Shown piece after piece: positions 8,190 through 19,600 of a stretch of 64,000 nt of DNA. The notes beneath the pieces are model-generated. The model saw only the letters and a list, made by a program, of their open reading frames with translations, was not told the origin of the DNA and did not search any database. Source of the DNA: a virus; IMG/VR virus record IMGVR_UViG_3300012956_000022, positions 4,201 to 68,200 of that record. One strand, written 5' to 3'. A program made the translations under genes and the position numbers. Within the stretch, counting starts at the first letter, position 1. Every line of letters begins with the position of its first letter.

Positions 8190-8238
8190 ACAGAAACTGA
8201 CTTATGTTATACGCTGGGCGGTGTTGAAAACGAAAATT

Positions 8239-8484
8239 ATGAATACATACGAAATTGAAAGAAAATTGGGAGACAAAGCAGACAAATGGGAACTGCATAG
8301 TTTACAAACAGAAAACAGGGAATTAAAAAGCCATGTTAACGAACTTGAAAGAAAGGTTGGATATTTAGAAAGCACGAATATTAATAGATACTATGCACTT
8401 GAAAGGCTTTTTAATATGATGGCAGAACACCCCCAATTTTCTGACTTGCAAAACGAAATATATCAATTGAAAGGCAGTTTGTAG
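8239..8484 (+). CDS. Cassette D gene, coiled-coil protein
   Basis: ATG 8239 after an A-rich leader. Shares its flanks (GCTGGGCGG at the 5' side, TAGCCTTGC at the 3' side) with cassette B. Confidence 0.7.
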   Translation: MNTYEIERKLGDKADKWELHSLQTENRELKSHVNELERKVGYLESTNINRYYALERLFNMMAEHPQFSDLQNEIYQLKGSL

Positions 8485-8494
8485 CCTTGCTGCT

Positions 8495-8716
8495 AAAAGT
8501 AAATACCCTGCATATTTTGTTGGTTGGGTTGGTTTTAATTGCTCTTATAGTGGAAAATGGTTTGGTGGCTTTGCAGGAGAAACAAACACCAAAATAGGAA
8601 CGGTAAGAGATTACCAAACTGAAGCAATAAACAATGTGGCAAAGCAAGTTGAAAAAATGAAAGGTGTAATATTCCAAAACAACCCTTATTATGAATTGGA
8701 ACTACCACCAAACAGT
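8495..8716 (+). pseudogene. Internal fragment of a Dam-like DNA adenine methyltransferase
   Basis: Start-less frame KYPAYFVGWVGFNCSYSGKWFGGFAG...RDYQTEAINNVAKQ...KGVIF...YYELELPPNS. It lacks the N-terminal SAM-binding motif and stops just before the expected DPPY. Confidence 0.7.
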
Positions 8717-8717
8717 A

Positions 8718-11700
8718 CTATTTTAACGCATCAGAGCTTTTAACCCGCTTCAGCATATCCTGATAGGACTCTCCTTTTTTCTTTGCCGGTATTTTCTGAC
8801 TGACTATCTTATTGATTTCATCAGGATCTTCTATGCTTTCTTTAAGCTGTCCTCTCAGTTTTGCTCTTATCTGGGAAATTTCATATTTGGCCTTGTGCTC
8901 ATCACTCCATGCCCATTTGTCTATAGGCAGTGGAACAAACTGTCTTTCCATCTGTGTTTCAAATCCGAAAGAAAGCGGGTTTGCTATCAGCGGAGGTAAG
9001 AATGTTTTGAGTGCCTGATTTACCACCTTATGCTCTCCGGCATGCTCCCCTGTAAGTATCACATCTTTTCCTTCCATGAACTCCTCGAAGTTCTTACCCA
9101 GTTTCAGACAATCAGAAAACAGCCTGATGATGGACATATCCGTTATCGTCCTGTGCATTTCATACAGGTTCAGGTACTGCACGAGGGAGGAGGATATCTG
9201 CGTGAACCGGTTAATGAAGAAATTATGTGCCTTCCTTCTTGCAGAGTCCTTATCATCATCGTCATCCCAGGCAAGCATTTTTGTCATAAGCATGAGTGCA
9301 AGAAGGGCATACATGACAGCCATATCCTGAATGTTGGCTTTCCAGTTTGCCATATCCTGTCTGGTAAATTCCCCTGTAATCTGAAGCCTGTCTCCGGCAA
9401 CCTTTCCTGAATCGGTTTCTATTATCTTACCTTTGCCTAAAATTCTCCCTGCAAGGTTTACAGGCATTCCTGCCATTTTTCTGAAAAGCATCTTATTCAT
9501 GAAAATCATCTCCTCCAGGAAATCCATGGGGCTTGTGGCATCACTGTACATTTTGGAAAAGGCTGCACCGGCAATACCTCCAACCAGTAATCCTGCCGGC
9601 CCTATGGTAAAGGCAAGTGCACCTCCTCCAATCATGGCACCTGCTCCGGGAGTAAGACTTCTGTATCTTCCCTTGAACCCTTTTGTTCCGGTAAGTATAT
9701 TATCCTGCTTTACTGCAAATCTCTTATAGAACTCTCTTGGAAGCCAGGTCTTGAACATCATCAGCAGGGTTCCTAAATGGGTGGACTTGGCCATCATGCC
9801 TGACAGCTGGTCATAATCACCGTGTGTGTCCTTTATCACCGCACTGAGCTTTGTCCTGAAATCAAGGTACTCCTGTCCTGTATTGTCTTCCCAGTTGTCT
9901 ATGTTCTTCTGTACCCCCCTGTATTCATCTTTCAGCTTGAAACCATGCTCTGTCAGTTCCATTGCATCCCATACGTTACCCTTTACTCCGTTATTGTCCT
10001 CTATTTCCGTATCCCTCAGTATGGCAACCATCAGAGGTATCTGGTTATAGGTCTCTGTCTTTGACTGTATAAAGAACGGAGCAAGTTTGCTGACACCTGA
10101 AATACCAGATTTTACGGATGCCTTCTGAAGCTCATTTTTAGAGTCCTGAAGCACATCCCAGTTTTCCATCATTCTCTGTGCAAGAATTGCCCTTGCAAGA
10201 CCACGGCCTTTCCCAAGCCTTTTCATGCTGTCTGAGTACATCAGGTCAGATAATGTCACCGTATCTATATACTCTGAAGGAAACCACATCCCTGAGGCTG
10301 CTATGGCGGCATTTGCAATCTGCCCTTCCACCACGTTTGTAATACCTGAGCTTACATTATAAGCCATCCCCTTAAAACGTATAAAGTTCAGCAGCATATC
10401 CACTATGCCGGATACAGACATATCTGCACCCAGTCTTTTGCTCATCTTTCTCACCTCCTCAAGGTCATCCTGTGAAAGGTTTGGATCTTCCATGAGCCTG
10501 TCAAGACGTTGCTTTATTTTTTTCTCTTCCTCTGTAAAGAGTTTTCCATCCCACTTTCTTCCCTTGGTGATGTATCCTATTGTTCTGGATAGACGGTCTT
10601 CAGCATCCTTGTCAGGTGTTTCTACATCCCTTTTCAGAAATCCATACTGCTTTCTCAGGTCTTTTTCTCCAAGCACCACCCTTCTGAACCAATTGTCAAA
10701 CTGTTTGTTTGCATGTGTCCTGAAACCATCATATCTTGTCTTTCCATACAGTGCACTATTGTATATCTCATCACCGGTGTTCTGTGTAGCCACATTTCTT
10801 ATCTGTTCGTAGTGCCTTTTTATAAGCTCCATGAACGGCAACACCTGCTGTCTTGCAGAATATTCAGCAGCCATTTTGGTATGCAGTTTTAATATCATAG
10901 GAAGGTCAAAGGATTGTTCTTTGGCTATCTGATGCTGTGTGTATGCCCATATTATCTTTCCAACAGGAACTCTCTTGTCAGGATACTGTTCCAGCAGACT
11001 GTCTTTGGTCAGGCCGGGAATGTATCTGTCAAGCAAGCTCACCATGGCATCCGTATTCATTCTTGTGAGATTGATATGTGTCCCTCTTGTGATTTTAGGT
11101 ATTCTCCTCTGGGTAAGAGATATGTAATCCTGAAGAAACTCCATCGCACTAAGATTGAATGCATCCTGTATCTTATTGATGTTGTTTTTCAGGAAAGAAT
11201 CATTGACAGTGTATTCAGGAACTCCTGTCACGGGGTTCACTTTAGCATAACTCATCTGGTCCTGTATCCTCACTCCAATCACAGTCTTGAACCAGTCTAT
11301 GAATCTTCTGTAGGACTCGGAAAGTATCTGAAGCAGGGTGATGTCAGGAGTGTTCAGCAAATACTCCGCAAAGGTCTTCTTCTGAAAAGGTACCGTAGTG
11401 TCCAGGTTCAGTCTTTTATCCTCAGGACTGTACTGTTCCCGTATCATGGTAGTAGCCTCCTTGGCTATATCATAAAACTTCATGAGCACATCGTTGTCTT
11501 CTATGGCCTCATACTTTGAATCATAGTAGCCAAAGTCAGCTCCGGTTTCCCTGTTGTTACGCAAAGGAATCTGTATATTGTATCTCAGTTTCGGAAAGTA
11601 TTCAGTTTCAAAACCAACTCTGGCAGGTGCATCTGTCCTGATATGTTCAGCAGTCAGAAAAGGATTGTTTTCTGCTTCCCATACCTTTATTCTGGCAATC

Positions 11701-13604
11701 TCAAAAGTGTTGAGTGCCGCAGTACTGTTTACACCGGCATCCTCCATCACCTGCTTTATATACTGGCTTTTCTGCACCTTATATTCCTGAAACTTCTGAA
11801 GCTGGCTCTCCACTATCCTTTCAAAATACTTTTCTCCCACTATGCTTTTTACATACTTTTCATACTCCTCTATCTCTCCCTGTGTATAGTTGAATTTTCC
11901 ATCTGACAAATCCTGAAAATCAGGATGGCCGGTTACTGCAGAAAGTCTGGCAGGATCTATGGTCTCCGAGTTTTCCCTAAGCCATTTGTTTCTTTTGGCA
12001 ACAGCTTTTCTTGTCTCTGAAATCACATCATTGATATCAAGCCACTCTACTGCCTTTTTCATGTCAGACCTGAACTTGGACTCCATGCTGCCCTTTATCT
12101 GAAACCACTCATGAGAAAACTTGTCGCAGATGTTGCTGAGAAACTCTCCTTTTTTAGTTACCTGCCTCATCCAGTCAAAGGATATACCATTTAATCCAAT
12201 TATACCAAGCTTGTACTTACCTCCCTCAAGCTTCTCCACCTCCTTGACTACATCCTCCATTATGTCATCCATTCTTGCAGTAAGGTTCTCTGAATAGGAA
12301 AGAGATTCCCTCATGGCATCTTCCAGGACTTTTCTTGCCAGCTGCGGCAATGTACCGTTGTGGGAAAATATCCCTGAAGTGATGTCCATTATCATCATGT
12401 CTATCCAAGTGGCATCAGCAAGGCCTTTTCCCGCCCCTGTTATCTCCGCATAGGTGAATTTCTTGCCATCATACATCTTTTGTATCATGGTGTTGTTGTT
12501 GTAGACATCTTCCAGTGCCTTTTCTTCCTGGTGTCTCAACTGGTTTTCCATCAGCCTTACCCTGTCTGCCCAATCTGCAAATGACTTTATCATTCCTTCT
12601 GACAGCAGGAACCTGCCCTCATGGAACATGTCCTCCTTTGAAAAGATAGGGTGGTTTTCAGCATCCTCCAGCCTGAAGTTGTTCATGGCATTAATGAACT
12701 GTATGATATTCCTCGCTTCTGCAAGGTCTTCAGGGTGTTTTGACTGTATAAGCTTCTCCAGCCTGCCTATTTCCTTCTCTATATAGGGGGCTATAATATG
12801 GGCACTCTTTACAGTCTGTTTTTTCAGTTCATTTATCTCTTCACGAAGTCCCGGCTCACCTTTCTCTTCGTTACCATAAATGTATTCCTGAAGGGTATTC
12901 TTTTCTCTGATGGCCTCCTCATAGGCAACCTCATCTCCACGCAGCTTTGGCAATGCCGCATTTATTGCAGACAATCTTTTGTATGCTGTACTCAGCAGTT
13001 TTTCTTTCAGCAACACAAGATGTGCAAGTCCCTTTCTTTCAGGTGCCTTTGGATCTTCCTGTGACATAAAGTCCTCTGAGTCTTCTTCTGCACTCTCTTC
13101 CTCTGTATCCTGAAACAGTCTGAAGAATACCTCACTTCCGTCAGTAGGCTGCTGAACCTCCTCTCCGTCTTCCACATCACCGGCAGCATAAAAGAACCCG
13201 TCCTCTATACCCATCTCCCTTTCCTTAGCCGCCTTTTCCGCAGCTCCCTCTTCCTTTATCTGCTCTTCAGCATCCATTGCAAGTTTCTCATACTCTACCT
13301 GATTGAGTATCCCAAGCTGTGCCCTTGTGGGTTTTATGGACACATAGACATTTCCACTTTGACTGACTTCTACATAAAACACCTGCCCTACAGCTACAGA
13401 GCTGTTTATGCTCTTATTCAGATGGTCAGCAAGTGCTTTGGCTATTCCCGGCAATTGTGTCCTACTTGTAATTCTGGACTTTATATTTGGAGGAGGAAGT
13501 ATCACCTGTATGTAATCACTGTCCTTCGTGTAGGAAAGCCAGGGCCTGTTACCTACTGCACTCTCAACTGCCGTCTTTATTCCCGTATCACAATATTTTG
13601 ACAT
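8718..13604 (-). CDS. Giant virion cargo/ejection protein (crAss-like)
   Basis: 1628 aa, helical, with C-terminal hydrophobic segments; lies immediately downstream of the virion RNAP as in crAss-like phages. Confidence 0.8.
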   Translation of the reverse strand: MSKYCDTGIKTAVESAVGNRPWLSYTKDSDYIQVILPPPNIKSRITSRTQLPGIAKALADHLNKSINSSVAVGQVFYVEVSQSGNVYVSIKPTRAQLGILNQVEYEKLAMDAEEQIKEEGAAEKAAKEREMGIEDGFFYAAGDVEDGEEVQQPTDGSEVFFRLFQDTEEESAEEDSEDFMSQEDPKAPERKGLAHLVLLKEKLLSTAYKRLSAINAALPKLRGDEVAYEEAIREKNTLQEYIYGNEEKGEPGLREEINELKKQTVKSAHIIAPYIEKEIGRLEKLIQSKHPEDLAEARNIIQFINAMNNFRLEDAENHPIFSKEDMFHEGRFLLSEGMIKSFADWADRVRLMENQLRHQEEKALEDVYNNNTMIQKMYDGKKFTYAEITGAGKGLADATWIDMMIMDITSGIFSHNGTLPQLARKVLEDAMRESLSYSENLTARMDDIMEDVVKEVEKLEGGKYKLGIIGLNGISFDWMRQVTKKGEFLSNICDKFSHEWFQIKGSMESKFRSDMKKAVEWLDINDVISETRKAVAKRNKWLRENSETIDPARLSAVTGHPDFQDLSDGKFNYTQGEIEEYEKYVKSIVGEKYFERIVESQLQKFQEYKVQKSQYIKQVMEDAGVNSTAALNTFEIARIKVWEAENNPFLTAEHIRTDAPARVGFETEYFPKLRYNIQIPLRNNRETGADFGYYDSKYEAIEDNDVLMKFYDIAKEATTMIREQYSPEDKRLNLDTTVPFQKKTFAEYLLNTPDITLLQILSESYRRFIDWFKTVIGVRIQDQMSYAKVNPVTGVPEYTVNDSFLKNNINKIQDAFNLSAMEFLQDYISLTQRRIPKITRGTHINLTRMNTDAMVSLLDRYIPGLTKDSLLEQYPDKRVPVGKIIWAYTQHQIAKEQSFDLPMILKLHTKMAAEYSARQQVLPFMELIKRHYEQIRNVATQNTGDEIYNSALYGKTRYDGFRTHANKQFDNWFRRVVLGEKDLRKQYGFLKRDVETPDKDAEDRLSRTIGYITKGRKWDGKLFTEEEKKIKQRLDRLMEDPNLSQDDLEEVRKMSKRLGADMSVSGIVDMLLNFIRFKGMAYNVSSGITNVVEGQIANAAIAASGMWFPSEYIDTVTLSDLMYSDSMKRLGKGRGLARAILAQRMMENWDVLQDSKNELQKASVKSGISGVSKLAPFFIQSKTETYNQIPLMVAILRDTEIEDNNGVKGNVWDAMELTEHGFKLKDEYRGVQKNIDNWEDNTGQEYLDFRTKLSAVIKDTHGDYDQLSGMMAKSTHLGTLLMMFKTWLPREFYKRFAVKQDNILTGTKGFKGRYRSLTPGAGAMIGGGALAFTIGPAGLLVGGIAGAAFSKMYSDATSPMDFLEEMIFMNKMLFRKMAGMPVNLAGRILGKGKIIETDSGKVAGDRLQITGEFTRQDMANWKANIQDMAVMYALLALMLMTKMLAWDDDDDKDSARRKAHNFFINRFTQISSSLVQYLNLYEMHRTITDMSIIRLFSDCLKLGKNFEEFMEGKDVILTGEHAGEHKVVNQALKTFLPPLIANPLSFGFETQMERQFVPLPIDKWAWSDEHKAKYEISQIRAKLRGQLKESIEDPDEINKIVSQKIPAKKKGESYQDMLKRVKSSDALK

Positions 13605-13626
13605 AATCTCTTATTTTACTGTAAAG

Positions 13627-16600
13627 TTAGCATTTAAAATCTTCTGTTGTCAGATCATCAGTCAAACCAAGTTCCTTATCTGACAATGCACTCTCTTCTT
13701 CAGCTCCAAATACAGAGTTTCCAGAAGAGCCTTCAAAAGGATTTCTGTTTACATTTTTCAGCTGCTCTTCTGTTTTCTTTATTTCATTGGCTATTTCAGG
13801 TTCAGATGGATTATAAAGTTCTTTTTCATGAATATCTTTTACAAGCGTATACACTTCGTTGATTGCATTAGAAATAATACTATCCGGTTTTGTATCCAGT
13901 CCCACTATCCTGAGAATATCCTTGATGGCTTCCCAAAACTGCTGGAGCAATGTCTTATCTGTTTGTTTGTAGGTGATCTTGTCCATCTTTTCTATGATAT
14001 CAGGTCTGGATGTTATCCTTGCGACAAACTCAAAGATATCCGAGCCTGAGTACAGCAACTGGTACTTATCTGCTTCGTTTCTTTTTCTTTCTGTTGTGAA
14101 CCGGTTATGTATATCGGTAAAATCCTCTCCGAACTCTTCCGTTAATTTTGAAGCCACTTCCTGAAGCACTCTGTGAAGTTTCAGTACATGTGCCGGCAGA
14201 GAAGACTCAGGTACAAGAAGTCTTCCTCTATCTTCCTTTTTTACACTGAAGTATTTGGACAGCTCTCTGACCGTCAGGGAGTGCATGAACTCTTCCAGTA
14301 CTGTTTTTGCAATCTCTTCCGCTCCACCTTCTTTTCCCGCATATTTCTGAAGATACAGCTTGTTAATGGTTATGGTGTGGTCACCCGGCATGTAATATCC
14401 TCTTCTTGTACCTATATCTTCCAGTTTTATGGTAACGGTATCATCCACAAAAGGAAGAAAAGTTTTAGCAAGGTCTGACAACACAGGTATTTCAGAATCC
14501 GCTATATCAGCAATAGTGGTTCTTACATTTCCCTGATTAAGACTGAACAGTGCACTGCTTGTAAGCTCAGGTGAGTTTTCCTCTGTGTCTTCTTCTGAAA
14601 TCCCTTCAGGCACTTTTGGTACCGGTTGTGCCTCCTCTGCAGTAAAAGAAGACTGTGTATAATCATCTTTTGCTGAATACTCTGACATCCCGAAATAACC
14701 AAGTGTACTTATCCTTACATACTTTTCTCCGTCAAATTCGTATAGCTGGTTCTTATCCTTTATGCTGAAGGCATCCTCATTGACAATAACCAGGAATGGC
14801 TTAGGCTGTGCTCTTTTTTGTTTAGGTACAAACGTATGTATCTCTTCCTTTTTGGTTGTCTTCTCTCCGGCACTGTCCTGTGTATTCTTTATTGATTTGA
14901 CATTGATTTTGGCTATACGGAAAGGTTTGTGCTGTGCATACTGTCTCATGAATCTTGAAAAAGGTGCAACAGAGTCCTGCTGAAGAAGGTATCTCAGGAA
15001 GTTGTCAGGAACTCCCTGCACAACTATGTTTGAACTGGTTTTAACAGACTGCTGTATTTTTCTTGCTGCCGGTGCAAATCCAATACTTTGAAGCAGTGGT
15101 ATAGGGACATACTTTATATACTGTACGGCCTCCTGTATACCACCTTCAAGGTAGGCATAGCTTATCATATCCATACCAAGCTGTCTTGTGGTATAGGGTT
15201 TTCCATTGAAGTCAGGCAGCGGGATATTCCTGTCCAGAAGCTCCACAATGGCCTGGTACTTGTACTCTTCGTTAAAGTCTTCTCCCTTTTCATTGCTGAA
15301 CTGTATCAGGGAAGGTTTGTTTTTATTAAAAGTATACCTGAACCGGGATATCAGGGGGCTTCTTTTTACAAACTCACTGCCTTCATCTGTATTATACAGC
15401 AGGCTATTCAGGTAATTGGACAAGGATTTGTTTCTTGATCCGGCATCTTTAAACAGTCTTGCACGTTCCTGCTGGGCATCTCCTGAGAACACACCAAATA
15501 CAGGATGTGAGTAGAAATACTTTTTCATTTCCTGAAATATTTCATACTTGAGCTGCAGTTTTTTATTTTCATTCTTGCTTTCTTCTTCTGAAACCTCATC
15601 TTGTCCGAGCATGGCCAGTATGTTATCCAGTTCCCGCTGCATGATACTGCTTTTAAAAGGGAAATAATCAGACCACAGTTCATAGCCGGCTTTGGCAGCA
15701 TGTATCATAAGGGAGCCTGAATAGGTTGTAGGTCTTACAGCCACAGAAGACTGCTTTTCATTATAGGAACGAAATACGATGTATCCATCCTCTTCCATCT
15801 CTTTCTCGTCATAAAAATCCTCTTCTGTTATAAAGTCTCCGACAAGTCCTTCTATGTTCTTCATCTTGGATGAAGAGTTAGGAAAAGTGAGGATGTTTTC
15901 ATACTTATCCAGGGAAGTGAGTGCAGACTCACCAAGTCCGCTTCTCTGTATGTTCAGCTTACTTTGTACGGACCTGAATTCCTGTGCATATGGCTTCAGT
16001 TCCAGAAATAAATCCAGTACAGCCTGTTGTGTCTTGTTATCAGGCTTCACAGCTATGTTGTCATACAGTTCCTGCCCGGTAAGGTTTACCCTGTGCTCTG
16101 CAAGCTGTTTCTTTTCATACTCCTCTTCACTGCTGTTTGTGTATTTCTGATACAATTTTCTTATTATCTCCTGTTCCCTGTCTGCATCAAACTTGGTAGT
16201 GGTACCGGATACCCTTTTCATTTCCTTCACATAGTCGGCAATGATAGGTTGTGACAGAAGGAAATAAGGAATGGAGACCTCCGCAGTCCTACCATCAGAT
16301 GTCTTTACAGAAGACTTGTTGAAACCCATCAGTGTCAGCAGACAGTCTATATTGATAGTATACTCATTCACACCAACTCTCCCCATGATCTGTTCACTTT
16401 CATTATCGAGTGCAGTCTGTAGTCTTTCATCTATAAGGGATGATATCTGTCTTTGTTCATCGGTATCCATCTCCTGTCCAAGCATGCTGTTAAATATCTC
16501 GTCTCCTATTGTAAGGACATAAGGGACCTTTTTGGCAACTATCTTTTCAGGGGCAACCTCTTCGTGTACGGTTTTAAGAAGTTGTACCGGTTTTTCAGTC

Positions 16601-19600
16601 TGCTGTAAGAGAGAGTGAAACACAACGTGGTTTGAATAGATGCCCACTGCACTTTTTCCCGCAGCACCTGTCTGCATCTTTCTTCTCTGGTAGCTTGGCC
16701 TTATAGGACTGAGCAGCCTGTTGTCTCCCCTGTCTGTCAGACTTTGAAGCAAGTCTGCCTGCTCTGAGGTGAACTGCATGGAAGATGCCCTGTTTATCTT
16801 CCTTTGAACCCTTTCATCACTGGATGTAAAAACAGATGAGTGTATTCTTGAAACCTCATTTTGAAGGAATTTGGTCCTCATTTTAGAGATGTTGTTCAAA
16901 AGGTCATATGCTCTCTGCAGGTCTTCTTTAGTGGCATTTTCTTTAAGCATCCTTCTGAGAGAAGAAATGGCTATCTTTGCATCACTGAAGCTCAGAGAAG
17001 CATTTTCTTCACCACTTTCCGTATACTCTCTGTAGGTATCTATGGTACTGAACAGTATTTTGTTAGTTTTTCTGTCATTTTTAACCGCCTGTATCAGAAG
17101 CCTTACTTCACTTTCCATCTGGTCTATTGAGGAAAGCCCGTCTACAGGATATTCATCAGATTCATCAATAGGAACTATCCTGCCATCCTTATTGACGGTA
17201 TGCCATAGTGAATACAGGTTTTGCTTATCTACGTCAAAGTCCAGTCCCATTTGCGTGGTAAAGTTCTTTGGAAGTACAATCAGGTCTCCTGCGTCTACCG
17301 GGATAAATCCCACTATTTCTATCTGGGAAGCCGTTGAGTGTGCTGCTGTAGGAATACGGAATGATGTACTTGTGAGCAGTTCCGGTGAAATCATGTCTTC
17401 TTTCAGTATCCATCTGCCTGATTTGTCCTGAACTGCATATCCGTCTTTTATCAGGTCTATCAGTTTGCCTTCCTTATTTCTGAACTTTGAGGGAGCAAGC
17501 ACCTGTGCATGCATCATGGTACCATCCTCATTCAGGGAGTTTGCCCTCAGTTTTCCCTTATAGTTTTTAGTGTAGACGATTTTTGATTTCTGCTCTTTAC
17601 TTAGTCCGTTGAGACTGTGGGCATACTTGAAGCCGGCTTCAGATGCCGCAACAAAACTGTTGCCGGGCATTTTCAGTTTCAACACCCTGTTCGCCACTAT
17701 GCTGTTCAGTAATGCCTCATATCTGTTGCTGTTAGGCAGCAACCACAAAGGGATGACAAACTGTATATCATTCGTGCCTTCATCATTGGAAGCTATGATA
17801 TCGAGTGCCTGCAAATCCTGTATAGGATATCCTCTTTTAGTAACCTCTTCCTTGAGTATCTGCTGAAGCTTCTTTACTGCCAGTTTCTTATTGACAGGCT
17901 CTCCTGTCCTTTCATCCAGTCCAAGCTGTCTGTACAATACACTCTTCTCATTGGTAATCCAATTGTCTATCATGGTATTGTAGTGAGAGTACAGGGTTTT
18001 TCCCGTTACATAGTAGTCCTTATATGGAAAGACCGTATCCTCTATCTTGGAAATACCGTCTCCAAACAGCAGCTTCATTAATTGTGTGCCAAAAGTAACC
18101 TCGTCTTTATTCTTGCTGAATGACTTAAAAGGGACATCCTGCTGTATCCTGAACTGCTCCCTGTTAAGGTACAGGGCCGGAGTATGCTTTCCATTATCAA
18201 GTCCTGCAATTATCTCAGCAGGGTTTACAGAACCTTTTATGAACCGGCCCTGATTATCCCATATCCTGATGGCATTCAGAGGTGCACCCACTTTTGCTCC
18301 TGAACTGTATACTGCCCTTACATTCTTCCCTGTCCTTGCCTGTATCTCCTCCATTGACCTTCTGAGGTTATCCAGTTCCGTTCCCTGTGTAAGTTGTGGA
18401 AGAAGCGGGAAGGAGGATGTCTTTATATAAACCACTCTCGTATGCATATCATCCTGCACATGCCCTGTATAGACGGGCTTGATGGGATTGAATACCATCT
18501 CTATGTCAGCAGCACTGATATAGTCCTCTTCCCGGATATGCTCTCCCTTCTTTTCAGATGCATATTGTCTGTCCAGTTTTCCTCTCAGCTCATCATACTT
18601 TTCCTTTCTCATCTTACCTTGCCGGTAGATGATGTCAAGAGACTCCTTTGCAGTTGTATACTCCTGTCCGTCAGTATCCTGTATATTGAAGAACTTCTCA
18701 AGTAAAGGGAATTTATCCTGCAGTTTCTTTACGGCATCCTCCACAGCCTCTGTAACATGAGACTGGTATGCAGTGGCAAGCAGTTTTTTAACTTCTGGTG
18801 TAAGCTGTCCTTTGTAGTGCAGTTCAATCAGGTAAGCTGCATTTTCCGTTATGGATTTTGCATCTTCCAAAAACAACTGTACATAAGTGTCATTGACAGA
18901 CTCTGCCAGATAGCTTCCTGGAGCTATCAGATAAGCAAGCCTTTTGCCCATGTTCACACCTATCTTGTTGTTGAACACTTCAGAATAGACCTTATCACTG
19001 GTTGGCAGGTATGGTTTGCCATCTTCAAAAAGCTCCTTACTGAACACTTTCTTTTCCACTGTAAAATTGGCTATGTCACCGGTGACGGCTGCCACCATGT
19101 TTGAGTTGTTATACAAACTGCTTATTACAAAATCCATTGCCAGATAATTCAGCCTGTCTTCATTGGAAAGTGCTCCGGGTATTCCCTGAAGGTAAGCACT
19201 GTCCATATGTTTAATATCCTCAATAGTGTCGTCTTCTCCCCTTGTTATGAAACCATTGTCTTCAAATATACCTATAAGGTCCTGCATCTCGCTGTTCACC
19301 AGCTCCTGTATGACAGCCGTTGCAGCAGGTTTGATGCTTTCTTTCAGTTCTGCTATTCTCTCTTCTGTAAGAAGGGTGGCATTCTCCGCTATATAGCGTA
19401 TCAGTCTTATCTTTTCTCCATCAGCCCCTTCTATTACAAGATTGTTCATCTCCGGAATCAGATGGAACATCTGGGCACCCTTGTTGTAATCTCTCTGATC
19501 AGTGACCTCATCAGGACTCACTCCTTTTTCAGCAGCTCTCCTGTGGTGGTCTGTAATCCTGTCAAACTCCAGCTCAACAAGCTGTCTGAAAAGAAGTTCT

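Noticed and set aside
6911-8484. Combinatorial protein fusion by shuffling at the right-hand GTT
   Set aside because: The loop-initiated ORFs cross the core in different frames, and the array boundaries favour crossover at the left core, which keeps each ORF within one unit. Not fully excluded.
6837-8496. CRISPR array or plain terminators as an explanation for the hairpins
   Set aside because: The repeats are not identical, the spacers are whole genes, there are no U-tracts, and the cross-gene core complementarity fits cassettes instead.
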